Of a stretch of 40,000 nt of DNA, positions 1-11,160 are shown piece after piece (positions within the stretch are counted from its first letter, which is position 1; each line of letters opens with the position of its first letter). A model generated the notes under the pieces. That model saw nothing but the letters and a program-made list of their open reading frames with translations. It did not search any database and was not told where the DNA came from. Where the stretch lies: the NCBI RefSeq assembly GCF_046314235.1, contig NZ_JBKBWN010000021.1, forward strand, positions 1 to 40,000. Reading direction: 5' to 3'. A program made the position numbers and the translations under genes. Origin of the DNA: Anaerobacillus sp. GTDB lineage: Bacteria > Bacillota > Bacilli > Bacillales > Anaerobacillaceae.

Positions 1-90
1 AAAGTAAACTTTTTTTCAACTCCGCTCGACTTGCATGTATTAGGCACGCCGCCAGCGTTCGTCCTGAGCCAGGATCAAACTCTCCATAAA
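1..90 (-). rRNA. rrs: 16S rRNA, extreme 5' end only (the gene runs off the left edge)
   Basis: The reverse complement of ~25-88 reads GGAGAGTTTGATCCTGGCTCAGGACGAACGCTGGCGGCGTGCCTAATACATGCAAGTCGAGCGGA. This is the universal 27F region plus a Bacillus-type 5' domain. Its position after lysS matches rrnJ in B. subtilis. Confidence 0.97.
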
Positions 91-208
91 AGTGTTTGAT
101 ATAGCTCAAAAAATTTTGTTACATTGACGAGATATTACTATCTCTTTAATTCGCTTGGCTGTGTGTTCAGTTTTCAAAGAACAATATTCGCTCATCGGCG
201 ACTTTATT

Positions 209-237
209 AATATAACATAGCAACAAAACAATGTCAA
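209..237 (-). promoter_or_regulatory. rrn promoter P2 (sigma-A type): TTGACA-17-TATATT
   Basis: On the minus strand, TTGACA is at 237..232 and TATATT at 214..209, with an exact 17 nt spacer. It lies ~120 nt upstream of the mature 16S 5' end. Confidence 0.75.
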
Positions 238-285
238 TAACGTTTGTTGAAAAGTTTTTGATGGTGTCTTGAAGCGACAAGTAAT

Positions 286-314
286 AATTTATCATGTACA
301 AATATAAAAGTCAA
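286..314 (-). promoter_or_regulatory. rrn promoter P1 (sigma-A type): TTGACT-17-TAAATT
   Basis: On the minus strand, TTGACT is at 314..309 and TAAATT at 291..286, with a 17 nt spacer. A tandem P1/P2 arrangement is typical of Bacillus rrn operons. Confidence 0.65.
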
Positions 315-382
315 TAACTTTTTATCAACTTCTCCTGTTCCAGTTATTCTATTTCTTCTTATCTTAATTTGAGTATTTAAAG

Positions 383-415
383 AAAAAAAGCCGATCCGTA
401 AAAGCTACGAATCGA
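383..415 (-). terminator. Intrinsic terminator after lysS
   Basis: Minus-strand RNA reads TCGATTCGTA-GCTTT-TACGGATCGG, a 10 bp stem with 2 G-U pairs, followed by C and U7. It starts ~25 nt after the lysS stop. Confidence 0.8.
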
Positions 416-438
416 CTACTTCCATATTTCTATATTTT

Positions 439-1929
<1,491 letters not shown>

Positions 1930-2091
1930 TTATCTCATCTCCTAACAATTTATTAGCAACATTTATGTATGTAATAAGTTTATTATCTTGTATGTCCATT
2001 TCCAATTAAATGTATAATTTTAATTATTTAATCCATGCTTTGTTCAATAATGCGATTAAACGTGCAACTAAAAAAGATATAATTGCCTTTG

Positions 2092-2124
2092 TATAAGAAA
2101 ACTGCCAGCGTCTTGCTGGCAGTT
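2092..2124 (-). terminator. Intrinsic terminator after dusB
   Basis: A perfect 10 bp stem AACTGCCAGC/GCTGGCAGTT with a 5 nt loop is followed by UUCUUAU on the minus strand. Confidence 0.6.
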
Positions 2125-2169
2125 ACCAATTACAGAGGTATTATAGGTTACATAAGTTAGATTGTCAAA

Positions 2170-3162
2170 TTACTTTGTTATTGACTCATTAGCTTCGATT
2201 TCACTAACAAAACCATATAAAACTTCTTTAATCTCTTCTCTAGAATTAAATTGGTTAATTTGATCCTTAATTTTTGATGCACCTTTCATGCCTTTAACAT
2301 ACCATGCAACGTGCTTTCTCATTTCACGAACAGCTACATACTCTCCCTTAAGGTCAATGAGACGATCTAAATGCAGCATGCACACATCGACTTTTTCTCG
2401 AAGAGATGGATCGGGAGCTAATTCACCAGTTTCTAAATATTGTACCGTTCGATACAACATCCATGGATTACCTAATGCTGCCCTTCCAACCATCACTCCA
2501 TCAGCGCCAGTTGTCTCTAATAGCCGTTTAGCGTCTTGAGGGCTTTTCACATCACCGTTGCCGATAACTGGAATATTTACGGATTCCTTTACTTGCCTAA
2601 TAATATCCCAATCTGCTGTTCCCTCATACATTTGCACACGAGTTCTGCCATGAACAGCAACTGCTTTGCCCCCAGCTCGTTCAACAGCTTGTGCATTTCG
2701 AACTGCATAGATATGCTCTTCATCCCAACCCATGCGCATTTTCACCGTTACAGGTTTCTTTACGACATCAACAACAGCTGCTACCATTTCATATATTTTA
2801 TCTGGATCTAAAAGCCATTTCGCTCCAGCATCACACTTGGTAATTTTCGGAACCGGACAACCCATGTTTATATCAATGATATCAGCATTCGTTTGTTGGT
2901 CTACTACTTTTGCAGCTTCAACTAACGTTTTTTTATCACCACCGAAAATTTGTAAACTTAATGGTTTTTCCCGTTCATCTACATATAGCATTCTTAATGA
3001 CTTTTCATTTTTATAGAGGATCGCCTTGTCACTAACCATTTCTGCACATACTAACCCTGCTCCAAATTCTTTAGCAATTAATCGAAATGCCGGGTTACAC
3101 ACACCAGCCATTGGAGCTAATACAACAGGGTTTTTCATAGTAATGTCACCTATTTTCAACAT
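2170..3162 (-). CDS. dusB: tRNA-dihydrouridine synthase B
   Basis: Strong similarity to B. subtilis DusB/YacF (MLKIGDI..., LAPMAGVCN). The track start at 3171 is a GTG inside the SD GGGGGTG. The ATG at 3162 lies 6 nt after that SD. Confidence 0.95.
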   Translation of the reverse strand: MLKIGDITMKNPVVLAPMAGVCNPAFRLIAKEFGAGLVCAEMVSDKAILYKNEKSLRMLYVDEREKPLSLQIFGGDKKTLVEAAKVVDQQTNADIIDINMGCPVPKITKCDAGAKWLLDPDKIYEMVAAVVDVVKKPVTVKMRMGWDEEHIYAVRNAQAVERAGGKAVAVHGRTRVQMYEGTADWDIIRQVKESVNIPVIGNGDVKSPQDAKRLLETTGADGVMVGRAALGNPWMLYRTVQYLETGELAPDPSLREKVDVCMLHLDRLIDLKGEYVAVREMRKHVAWYVKGMKGASKIKDQINQFNSREEIKEVLYGFVSEIEANESITK

Positions 3163-3184
3163 GGATGCCACCCCCTATCTAAAT

Positions 3185-3391
3185 TTAGTTAATTGAATTT
3201 AAGTCTTCTTTAGCAACTTTTAAAACTAAAGATATTTGATTAATCAAATCTTCAGAAGGGATTCGATTTCCTCGTTCGATTTCTCCTAATACCGATACTG
3301 ATACTCCCAACTCTGTCGCAAGTTGTTCCTGAGTATAGCCTTTTAGTTTTCGAAATGCTCTAATTCTTCTTCCCCAAATGGATTCTTCCAT
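3185..3391 (-). CDS. yazB: Small XRE-family helix-turn-helix protein (YazB-like)
   Basis: 68 aa with an HTH_3-like core (IRAFRKLKGYTQEQLATELGVSVSVLGEIERG). It sits in the same position as B. subtilis yazB. Its first 49 nt overlap the folK 3' end. Confidence 0.85.
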   Translation of the reverse strand: MEESIWGRRIRAFRKLKGYTQEQLATELGVSVSVLGEIERGNRIPSEDLINQISLVLKVAKEDLNSIN

Positions 3392-3876
3392 AATCGAACA
3401 CCTTCTTTATCTAATAATTCTTGATACACTTCTTGAATTGACTTTTTGATAGCGCTGAAGTAGAGAGATGGAGCAACTTCCTTTAAAGGCACCATAACAA
3501 AACCTCGTTCAAACATCCTCGGATGGGGAACAATTAATTGTTCCATTTCAATATTTTCTTGATTATATAGTAAAATGTCAAGATCTAATGTTCGTGGACC
3601 CCATTTAATATTGAATTTCCTTCCTGATTTCCTTTGAATTTCTTGGGTACATTTTAATAGCTCTAGAGGAGTATATGAAGTCTCAAGCTCAACAACCATA
3701 TTCAAAAAATCCGCTTGATCTAAAAAACCAACTGGTGTTGTCTCATATATAGACGAACAATTTTTTATGGTTATATTTACATTTTCATTTAAATTCATCA
3801 CACCATATCTTAAAAACTCTAGGCGGTCTCCCATATTTGAACCTAATGAAACATATACTATATTGCCTTTATTCAT
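3343..3876 (-). CDS. folK: 2-amino-4-hydroxy-6-hydroxymethyldihydropteridine pyrophosphokinase (HPPK)
   Basis: 177 aa with HPPK motifs (YVSLGSNMGDR, WGPRTLDLDILLY, VPHPRM). The start overlaps the folB stop by 8 nt. Confidence 0.95.
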   Translation of the reverse strand: MNKGNIVYVSLGSNMGDRLEFLRYGVMNLNENVNITIKNCSSIYETTPVGFLDQADFLNMVVELETSYTPLELLKCTQEIQRKSGRKFNIKWGPRTLDLDILLYNQENIEMEQLIVPHPRMFERGFVMVPLKEVAPSLYFSAIKKSIQEVYQELLDKEGVRLWKNPFGEEELEHFEN

Positions 3877-4234
3877 ATCGACTTCTCGTTATTTCAACAG
3901 CTACAGAATGATAATGCCCGACAATTGGCGGATTAGGCTTGATTAGTTTTATTGTACAAATTGAAACTAAAGTAAAGCGGCTTAATATATCGTTAGAAAT
4001 CTTTTCGGCCACTGCTTCAACAAGCTTATACGGGGGACCTTCAACTACCTCTTTAACTACTTCATAAATTTCTGCATAGTTTATCGTTTTTGTTAAATCG
4101 TCTGTTTTTCCAGCATCCTTAAGGTCCGCTTCTAAGATAACGTCAACAATAAAACGTTGTCCCAATTTAGTCTCTTCTGGAAACACACCGTGGTAGCCAT
4201 AAAACTCTAACTGATTCAATAAAATTTTATCCAT
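3869..4234 (-). CDS. folB: Dihydroneopterin aldolase
   Basis: 121 aa FolB family (LEFYGYHGVFPEE...GQRF). It overlaps the folP stop by 8 nt. Confidence 0.95.
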   Translation of the reverse strand: MDKILLNQLEFYGYHGVFPEETKLGQRFIVDVILEADLKDAGKTDDLTKTINYAEIYEVVKEVVEGPPYKLVEAVAEKISNDILSRFTLVSICTIKLIKPNPPIVGHYHSVAVEITRSRYE

Positions 4235-5069
4235 TTCTTAAATCACTTCTTCCCATTAATACATCCATCATTTGGGCAGTTCTTGAAATTTGTAACACAT
4301 CATGGACACGCATAATGTGACAACCCTTCATTACTCCATAACAAACCGTCGCTTGAGTTCCTTCTAGACGTTCTTCTGCCGGTAAGTTTAGAGCCATACC
4401 AATCATTGATTTTCTTGAAGTTCCTAACAATACTGGGTAACCCAAAGCAGTAATTCTATCTAAATTTTGCATAACCTCAATATTTTGGTCATACGTCTTA
4501 GCAAAACCAATGCCTGGGTCTAAAATAATTTTATCGTGTTCAACACCTGCCTGTTCACAAATCGCAATACTCACTTGTAGATCAGCGATCATGTCATTTA
4601 TCAGGTTTGTATAGTTTTTGTTATCACGGTTATGGGTTAAGACAATTGGCAACTTATAGTTAGCAGAAAGTTCAGCTATTTTCGGCTCAGCTTTCGCTCC
4701 CCATACATCATTGATAATAGTTGCACCGGCTTTTATCGCCTGTTTCGCTACTTCGTACTTATACGTATCAATTGATATTGGAATATCAACAACATTAGAA
4801 ACCGCCTGAATAATTGGGATTACACGAGCGAGTTCCTCTTCCGCACTTACCTTCACTGCACCGGGACGGGTCGATTCACCACCAATATCGATGATGTCAG
4901 CCCCTTCCTCTACCATTCTTATTGCTCTTAAAACAGCTAAATCTATATCGTTGTATTTACCACCATCTGAAAATGAATCTGGAGTTATATTTAGAATACC
5001 CATAATGAAGGTTTTCTTCGAAAAATCTAATTCGTGTATTCCAAACTTCATTAAGTTCGTTTTGTTCAT
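4227..5069 (-). CDS. folP: Dihydropteroate synthase
   Basis: 280 aa Pterin_bind/DHPS (GILNITPDSFSDGG, IIDIGGESTRPG). Confidence 0.96.
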   Translation of the reverse strand: MNKTNLMKFGIHELDFSKKTFIMGILNITPDSFSDGGKYNDIDLAVLRAIRMVEEGADIIDIGGESTRPGAVKVSAEEELARVIPIIQAVSNVVDIPISIDTYKYEVAKQAIKAGATIINDVWGAKAEPKIAELSANYKLPIVLTHNRDNKNYTNLINDMIADLQVSIAICEQAGVEHDKIILDPGIGFAKTYDQNIEVMQNLDRITALGYPVLLGTSRKSMIGMALNLPAEERLEGTQATVCYGVMKGCHIMRVHDVLQISRTAQMMDVLMGRSDLRNG

Positions 5070-5076
5070 AAGACAA

Positions 5077-5937
5077 TTAACTCCTTTCTTCTATCTCTTT
5101 TATTCCACAAAGGCGTTTCGTTTTATAATCATCATAAAACTCCTGTAATAATTGAGTTATTTCAGATGAAGAATACTCAAAACCATTCACCATCGTAATC
5201 GATACGATTTCTTGAATCGAGTTGGTAATAAAGACCTCATCAGCTTCCAATACTTCTTCAGCTTTGTAAAAACCCTCATGACATGGAATATCGTTCTTTT
5301 TCAATAACTCAATAACGAATTTTCTGGTAATGCCATTTAAGATCCCTGTCTTTACTGAGGGAGTATAGACATGTCCATTTTTAACCCAAAAAACATTTGA
5401 GACAACACCCTCGGCTACAAAACCATCCTTAGTTAAGAATATACCTTCAGTATCTTGATCAGGAACTTCTCGTTTCCCAAGAATATTATTTAAGTAATGA
5501 TGTGACTTTAATCTGATAGTACCTTCTGGTGTGTTTCTAACAGTATTTAGGAAAATAGCTTTCTTTGCGTGCAACATTTGACCAATAATCGGCTTTATAA
5601 ATGCAATAACATTTGGATTATTATACACTTCTGTTTGTAAACCAATTGGAGCTTCTCCCGCGGAAACATTAAACCTTATATATGCATCCCGCAACTTGTT
5701 AATTTTCAATAGTTGCTCAATAATCTTCAAAAGATCGTTTTTATCCAATGGAAGTATAATATTCAGTTCTTTTACACTACAAGCTAAGCGTTGAAAATGG
5801 TCATCCAATAAAAATGGATGACCATCATAGGTACGAAAAGTTTCAAATACGCCAAGTCCATATAAAAAACCATGGTCAAAAGGAGAAATTCTTGCATCTT
5901 TTTGTAAAACAAACTCTCCATTCATATATATATACAT
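5077..5937 (-). CDS. pabC: Aminodeoxychorismate lyase (class IV aminotransferase fold)
   Basis: 286 aa, similar to B. subtilis PabC (SPFDHGFLYGLGVFETFR). The SD is GAGGTAA, 5 nt before the ATG. Confidence 0.92.
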   Translation of the reverse strand: MYIYMNGEFVLQKDARISPFDHGFLYGLGVFETFRTYDGHPFLLDDHFQRLACSVKELNIILPLDKNDLLKIIEQLLKINKLRDAYIRFNVSAGEAPIGLQTEVYNNPNVIAFIKPIIGQMLHAKKAIFLNTVRNTPEGTIRLKSHHYLNNILGKREVPDQDTEGIFLTKDGFVAEGVVSNVFWVKNGHVYTPSVKTGILNGITRKFVIELLKKNDIPCHEGFYKAEEVLEADEVFITNSIQEIVSITMVNGFEYSSSEITQLLQEFYDDYKTKRLCGIKEIEERS

Positions 5938-5942
5938 TTGAG

Positions 5943-6515
5943 TTACCTCGAATAATGTTCAATGAAATTTTTTAATAGCTTTTTTCCTTCGACTGTCATA
6001 ATTGACTCTGGATGAAACTGCACGCCTTCAATCGGTAATTCTTTATGACGTAGGGCCATTATTTCACCTTCAGCCGTTTCTGCTGTTATTTCAAAACAAT
6101 TCGGAAGCGTTTCTCTTTTTACAATTAAAGAATGATATCTTGTCGCTGTAAAAGGTGAAGGCATTCCTTTGAAAATCGTATTTGCATCATGGGACATCTC
6201 TGATGTTTTACCATGCATGAGACGGTCAGCGCGAACAACATCACCGCCAAAAACTTGAGCAATTGCTTGATGTCCTAAGCACACACCAAAAATAGGGATT
6301 TTCCCAGCGAAATGTTTAATTGCTTCCAAACTAATACCTGCCTCATTTGGACTACATGGTCCGGGTGAAACCATAAGGTATTTAGGATTTAAACGTTCAA
6401 TTTCTTCGATACTAATTTTGTCATTTCTTCTTACAATTAACTCCTGGCCCATTTCACCTAAATATTGAACAAGATTATACGTAAATGAGTCATAATTATC
6501 AATCATTAAAATCAT
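5943..6515 (-). CDS. pabA: Aminodeoxychorismate/anthranilate synthase glutamine amidotransferase subunit
   Basis: 190 aa GATase-1 ([31 protein letters not shown]). It is the equivalent of B. subtilis pabA/trpG. Confidence 0.96.
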   Translation of the reverse strand: MILMIDNYDSFTYNLVQYLGEMGQELIVRRNDKISIEEIERLNPKYLMVSPGPCSPNEAGISLEAIKHFAGKIPIFGVCLGHQAIAQVFGGDVVRADRLMHGKTSEMSHDANTIFKGMPSPFTATRYHSLIVKRETLPNCFEITAETAEGEIMALRHKELPIEGVQFHPESIMTVEGKKLLKNFIEHYSR

Positions 6516-6520
6516 TTTTA

Positions 6521-6566
6521 CTCCTCCTCAGCTCTTCACTTTACTATTCTCTACTTCACTCAACTC
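6521..6566 (-). promoter_or_regulatory. Candidate TRAP-binding NAG triplet array over the pabA SD and pabB stop
   Basis: The mRNA reads GAG-uu-GAG-ug-AAG-ua-GAG-aa-UAG-ua-AAG-ug-AAG(GAG)-cu-GAG-gag-GAG-uaaaa-AUG. That is seven consecutive NAG triplets at exact 5 nt periodicity, then three more GAG covering the SD. B. subtilis TRAP represses trpG(pabA) translation through such a site. Confidence 0.55.
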
Positions 6567-7982
6567 TTTTGCTTTCCATAAAGCCCTTGCCTTTTTTAAT
6601 GATTCTTTGTACTCTGCCTCTGGATCAGAATCAATTACAATCCCTGCACCAGCTTGAACATAAGCAAAACCATTTTTCGCTACCAATGTTCTAATCGCAA
6701 TATTTAATTCCATATTACCATTATAACCGATCCATCCGATAGAGCCAGTATAAACACCCCGTCGCACTGGTTCAAGTTCTTCGATAATCTCCATCGTCCT
6801 AACTTTTGGAGCCCCTGTTATTGTCCCTCCTGGAAAAGTAGCTTCAATAACATCAAATAAATCATAGCACGAGTCAAGCTTCCCACGGACATTTGAAACG
6901 ATATGCATGACGTGCGAATACTTTTCAATGACCATCAGTTCATTTACTTCGACAGATCCAAACCGGCTAACTCTTCCTAAATCATTTCTCTCTAGGTCTA
7001 CTAGCATCACATGCTCAGCTTTCTCTTTTTCGTTTTCAATTAGCGTTCGTGCTAATAATTCATCTTCCTCAGAATTTTTCCCTCGAGATCTTGTACCAGC
7101 AATTGGTCGAGTACTAATGTCCTCTCCTTGTTTCTTTACTAACAATTCCGGGGAACTACTCACTAATTGCACCTCTGGCGTATGGAAGTAAGACATATAT
7201 GGTGAAGGATTTAGTTGTCGTAATTTTTCATATATATGTAGCGGATCAGTCTGTAACTTTTTCGCTTGGCGCACTGATAAGTTCACTTGAAAAACATCAC
7301 CCGCTGCAATATAGTCTTGAATACTTGTTACTGCTTTCTTGAACTCTTCTTCCGAAAGTGATGTTTCCCAATGGTTATCTTCTTCTACATCAACATCCTC
7401 GAAACGCCTTTCTTTTATAGGACTTGTCCAAAGCTTTTCTAGTTCAACTAGACGCATTTCTGCTTCTGCCTTTTTACCATCTTGATAATGAGTAATTATC
7501 CAAAACAGCTCTTTTTTATGGTCGTATACCAATAAATCATCAAACAATAAGAAGTATATATCTTCCGTTTGTAAGTCATCTTCGCTTGAATTCGGTAACT
7601 CTTCAATCTGTCTCACAAGATCATAACTTATAAAACCAACTGCTCCACCTTGAAATTCTGGTAAATCATTATCCACTTCAGTTTTGAAATGACTCAACCA
7701 TTCTTTCATTGACCTTAAGAGCGGCCCAGTTTTTTTATACACTTCATTGTTAATATTTATCAGCAACTCTTCATCTTTACCCGTTAAAACCGCCCAAGGG
7801 TCAAGACCGATGATGCTATAGTTTCCACCTCGGCCACTTTCTAAAATAGTATGATGTACTTTACCTTCTGAAAGTTCCTTATATTTCCCAAACCAGTCCA
7901 TTTCTTTCGCACATAAAGACTTACCAAGTGGAAACCTTTGTATAATTTGATTATTTATCTTTTGTCCCAAAATGACATCCAC
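6528..7982 (-). CDS. pabB: Aminodeoxychorismate synthase component I
   Basis: Chorismate-binding family, colinear with B. subtilis PabB (PIAGTRSRGK, LVDLERNDLGRV, FPGGTITGAPK). The start is uncertain. The GTG at 7982 is only 1 nt after GGAG, and the in-frame ATT (7973) or TTG (7970) are alternatives. Confidence 0.9.
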   Translation of the reverse strand: MDVILGQKINNQIIQRFPLGKSLCAKEMDWFGKYKELSEGKVHHTILESGRGGNYSIIGLDPWAVLTGKDEELLININNEVYKKTGPLLRSMKEWLSHFKTEVDNDLPEFQGGAVGFISYDLVRQIEELPNSSEDDLQTEDIYFLLFDDLLVYDHKKELFWIITHYQDGKKAEAEMRLVELEKLWTSPIKERRFEDVDVEEDNHWETSLSEEEFKKAVTSIQDYIAAGDVFQVNLSVRQAKKLQTDPLHIYEKLRQLNPSPYMSYFHTPEVQLVSSSPELLVKKQGEDISTRPIAGTRSRGKNSEEDELLARTLIENEKEKAEHVMLVDLERNDLGRVSRFGSVEVNELMVIEKYSHVMHIVSNVRGKLDSCYDLFDVIEATFPGGTITGAPKVRTMEIIEELEPVRRGVYTGSIGWIGYNGNMELNIAIRTLVAKNGFAYVQAGAGIVIDSDPEAEYKESLKKARALWKAKELSEVENSKVKS

Positions 7983-8080
7983 ACTCCAAATAACACTTTT
8001 TTATTAGTCTATCTGCTTTTTCTAAATATATTTTATCATTAATGTCCGGGATACTAAAAGCAGGAAAGCACGATAATACT

Positions 8081-8104
8081 AAAAAGCAGCCCCAATGGGA
8101 CTGC
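8081..8104 (-). terminator. Intrinsic terminator after cysK
   Basis: Minus-strand RNA reads GCAGUCCC-AUU-GGGGCUGC, an 8 bp stem with one G-U pair, followed by U5. It starts 10 nt after the cysK stop. Confidence 0.7.
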
Positions 8105-8113
8105 CTCGAATTA

Positions 8114-9037
8114 TTAATCTTCAAATTGATATAATGGTGTACTTAAATATCGTTCTCCATTACTAGGGATAATTGCTACGACTTTTTTGCCTTTGCCTAA
8201 CTTTTTCGCTACTTTTAATGCTGCCGCAATAGCAGCTCCTGAAGAAATACCGCCTAGAACACCTTCTTCTTTAGCAGCACGGCGCGCAAATTCAAAGGCT
8301 TCTTCGGTCGAAATTTGAATAACTTCATCATAAATGTTTGTGTTTAAAATATCTGGAACAAATCCTGCACCAATACCTTGGATTTTATGAGGGCCAGGCT
8401 TTCCACCAGATAATACAGGTGAGTCAGTCGGTTCAACTGCAGCAATGTGCAAATTCGGGAATTTCTCTTTTAAAACTCCACCTGCACCAGTGATTGTTCC
8501 TCCTGTTCCAATTCCTGAAACGAAACCATCTAATTGATCACCAACTTGCTCAAGTAGTTCTTTACCAGTCGTTAAACGGTGCACTTCAGGGTTTGCCTCA
8601 TTCTCAAATTGTTGAGGAATGAAATATCCATTCTCTTTTGCTAATTCTGTAGCTTTACGAATAGCTCCCCCCATACCTTCTGGTCCTGGAGTAAGAACTA
8701 ACTCTGCTCCATATGCACGAAGTAGATTACGCCGCTCCAAACTCATCGTTTCTGGCATTACCAAAATGGTACGGTATCCTTTAGCAGCAGCAACCATCGC
8801 TAAACCAATTCCAGTGTTACCACTAGTTGGCTCAATAATAGTATCTCCTTCGTTTAATCTTCCATCTTTTTCTGCACTTTCAATCATTGCCAGGGCAATA
8901 CGGTCTTTAACACTACTACCTGGGTTCATATATTCAAGCTTTAAATAAATATCTGCATGATCCTCTGTAACAAGACGATTTAGTTTAACCAATGGTGTTT
9001 GACCAATCAAATCCGTAATTGAGTTTGCTACCTTCAT
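8114..9037 (-). CDS. cysK: Cysteine synthase A (O-acetylserine sulfhydrylase)
   Basis: 307 aa PLP-dependent enzyme ([29 protein letters not shown]). The SD is GAGGAGG. Confidence 0.97.
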   Translation of the reverse strand: MKVANSITDLIGQTPLVKLNRLVTEDHADIYLKLEYMNPGSSVKDRIALAMIESAEKDGRLNEGDTIIEPTSGNTGIGLAMVAAAKGYRTILVMPETMSLERRNLLRAYGAELVLTPGPEGMGGAIRKATELAKENGYFIPQQFENEANPEVHRLTTGKELLEQVGDQLDGFVSGIGTGGTITGAGGVLKEKFPNLHIAAVEPTDSPVLSGGKPGPHKIQGIGAGFVPDILNTNIYDEVIQISTEEAFEFARRAAKEEGVLGGISSGAAIAAALKVAKKLGKGKKVVAIIPSNGERYLSTPLYQFED

Positions 9038-9101
9038 ATTAATTTCCTCCTCGAGCTATTTTATTTTAATACCGAGTAAATTCATTGGTTTAATTAATAT
9101 T

Positions 9102-9130
9102 AATTTATCAGAGGATTTAGAAACTGTCAA
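9102..9130 (-). promoter_or_regulatory. Candidate sigma-A promoter of cysK: TTGACA-17-TAAATT
   Basis: On the minus strand, TTGACA is at 9130..9125 and TAAATT at 9107..9102, with a 17 nt spacer. It lies ~65 nt upstream of the cysK ATG. Confidence 0.6.
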
Positions 9131-9218
9131 TATACTTTTTTGGAAAAAAATCCCCTACAACTAAGAATATACTTCTCTATCGGGATATTTATGTAATTTA
9201 ACGACAGAGAAAAGTTGA

Positions 9219-10097
9219 CTAGTTGGCGTCTTCCCTTAGCTCTTCTAGTTCAGTTTTCGTGAAATGATATTTCTCATTGCAGAAATGGCATTCAGTTTCA
9301 GCGCCGCCATCTGTTTCAATCATTTCAGTGAGTTCTACTTTTCCTAAGCTAAATAACGCTTGAGCTATTCTCTCTTTGGAGCAAGTACACTTAAATATTA
9401 CATCCATCTTATCAAGAACTTTAACATTTTCATCACCTAAAAGAGCATAAAGGAGTTCCTCAGGTGGCATCCCTGCTTCTATAAGCTTTGAAACTGGGGG
9501 CAATGTACCAAGCCTTTTTTCAATAAAGGTGATTGTTTCATCATCAGCACCTGGCATTAATTGAATGATAAAGCCACCAGAAGCAAGAATTGACTCATCA
9601 GGATTAACTAAAACTCCTACACCAACAGAAGCTGGTGTTTGCTCTGACGAAGCGAAATAGTAAGTGAAATCCTCACCTAACTCACCTGATATAAGCGGAA
9701 CACTACCTGTAAAATGATCACGCATACCAAGATCTTTGACAACGGCTAACAAGCCATCTTTACCAACTGCGCGAGCGACATCTAATTTACCATGCTCATT
9801 TAAGTCAAAATGAACTTTCGGGTTTCCAACATAACCCCTTGTTTCCCCTTTGGCATTACTATCAACTATGACCGCACCAATTGGACCTCCTCCTTCAATT
9901 TTTACAGTTAGTTTTTCTTCACCCTTTAACATGGCAGCCATCATTGTTGCAGCAGTCATAGCTCTCCCAAGTGCCGCAGAAGCTGTTGGCCAAGTTTGAT
10001 GACGTCTAACTGCTTCACCAACCATATCAGTCGTTTTAATGGCGTATGCCCTTACTTTACCTTCAAATCCAATAGCTTTAACTAAATAATCTGTCAT
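9219..10097 (-). CDS. hslO: Hsp33 redox-regulated chaperone
   Basis: Colinear with B. subtilis HslO (MTDYLVKA..., C-terminal CxC...CxxC zinc centre FKCTCSKER / CHFCNEKY). The ATG at 10097 follows AAAGGCGGG plus 6 nt. The track start at 10118 has no SD. Confidence 0.95.
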   Translation of the reverse strand: MTDYLVKAIGFEGKVRAYAIKTTDMVGEAVRRHQTWPTASAALGRAMTAATMMAAMLKGEEKLTVKIEGGGPIGAVIVDSNAKGETRGYVGNPKVHFDLNEHGKLDVARAVGKDGLLAVVKDLGMRDHFTGSVPLISGELGEDFTYYFASSEQTPASVGVGVLVNPDESILASGGFIIQLMPGADDETITFIEKRLGTLPPVSKLIEAGMPPEELLYALLGDENVKVLDKMDVIFKCTCSKERIAQALFSLGKVELTEMIETDGGAETECHFCNEKYHFTKTELEELREDAN

Positions 10098-10277
10098 TTT
10101 TTTCCCGCCTTTACTCATTAGAAAAACTTAAGCCAGTTGCTTATTTGCACCATTAGCTTTGGTGTAAATTATGTTGCTACGTAGTCTTTGTTAAAATCGT
10201 AATACAATGAAGAGGCTGTATCAAATTGGTTTGACTCCATAATGGTGACTGACCGCCTCGAAACATCCTCTTATAAA

Positions 10278-11045
10278 TTACTCTAAATTTTTAGTATAGA
10301 TCATTTGTAATCCCTTTAATGTTAAAAAAGGATCAACGATGTCAATCATTGTTGATTCATTAGCAATTAACGGAGCTAAGCCACCTGTTGCAATCACTTT
10401 AGGATTTCCATTGGCTTGTTGTTTCATTCTAGTTACAATTCCTTCAACTTGTCCAACATAACCATATAAAATGCCAGCTTGCATTGCGGTCACCGTGTTT
10501 TTGCCAATAATATTTTTGGGTTTTGCAATTTCAATTCGAGGTAACTTAGAGGCGCGTGTATACAGGGCCTCTGTAGAAATACCAATTCCAGGAGCTATAG
10601 CGCCTCCCATATATTGTTTTTCTTCATTTATATAACAATATGTAGTTGCAGTTCCAAAGTCAACTATGATAAGTGGGCTACCGTATAAATCGATTGCTGC
10701 CACAGCATTTACAATTCGATCGGCTCCTACTTCTTTTGGATTGTCATACTTAATATTTAATCCTGTTTTTATTCCTGGTCCAATAACCATTGGTGTTACG
10801 GAAAAATACTTTTTACACATACTCTCTAGGGAGTACATGATTGGTGGTACAACTGACGAGATAATGATCCCTTCAATTTCCGATGTTTTTAAACCTTCAT
10901 AAGAGAACAGCTGTTTAATAATCATCCCATATTCATCTTCAGTTTTCTGACGATTCGTCCCTATTCGCCAATGGTACTTCAGTTCATCACCATCGTACAC
11001 ACCTAACACGATGTTTGTATTTCCCACATCTAAAACAAATATCAT
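10278..11045 (-). CDS. coaX: Type III pantothenate kinase
   Basis: 255 aa ([22 protein letters not shown] motifs). Confidence 0.95.
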   Translation of the reverse strand: MIFVLDVGNTNIVLGVYDGDELKYHWRIGTNRQKTEDEYGMIIKQLFSYEGLKTSEIEGIIISSVVPPIMYSLESMCKKYFSVTPMVIGPGIKTGLNIKYDNPKEVGADRIVNAVAAIDLYGSPLIIVDFGTATTYCYINEEKQYMGGAIAPGIGISTEALYTRASKLPRIEIAKPKNIIGKNTVTAMQAGILYGYVGQVEGIVTRMKQQANGNPKVIATGGLAPLIANESTMIDIVDPFLTLKGLQMIYTKNLE

Positions 11046-11125
11046 TTGAATGTCACCTGCTTTTAGGTTTTATTTAACGCCTTTTTATTATAATTACTTA
11101 TCCTCAAAAAATGAATAACCTAATG

Positions 11126-11155
11126 TGAAAAAAGGTGTCTTATGAAGACACCTTT
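11126..11155 (-). terminator. Intrinsic terminator after ftsH
   Basis: A perfect 11 bp stem AAAGGTGTCTT/AAGACACCTTT with a 3 nt loop is followed by U-rich sequence on the minus strand. It starts 5 nt after the ftsH stop. Confidence 0.85.
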
Positions 11156-11160
11156 TCACG

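Noticed and set aside
1930-2169. Looked for a T-box, an L-box (lysine riboswitch) or a clear promoter in the 240 nt dusB-lysS spacer.
   Set aside because: There is no T-box core (AGGGUGGNACCGCG-like) and no L-box conserved helices. Only a dusB terminator and weak promoter-like hexamers with poor spacing (TTGAAC-19-TAAAAT) are present, so I do not call a regulatory RNA or a promoter.
2288-3016. Three plus-strand ORFs (83, 91 and 94 aa) antisense to dusB.
   Set aside because: They lie entirely inside a well-supported conserved gene on the other strand. They have no SD, low-complexity Ser/Thr/Phe-rich translations and no recognisable domain. They are typical stop-free antisense frames of AT-rich coding DNA.
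10119-10277. A 159-181 nt coaX-hslO spacer with a long-range GAGGC...GCCTC pairing. I considered a small RNA or a terminator.
   Set aside because: The stem is short (5-6 bp) with a ~40 nt loop and no U-tract. Only a weak promoter-like TTAACA-17-TAATTT is present. The evidence is insufficient for any call.
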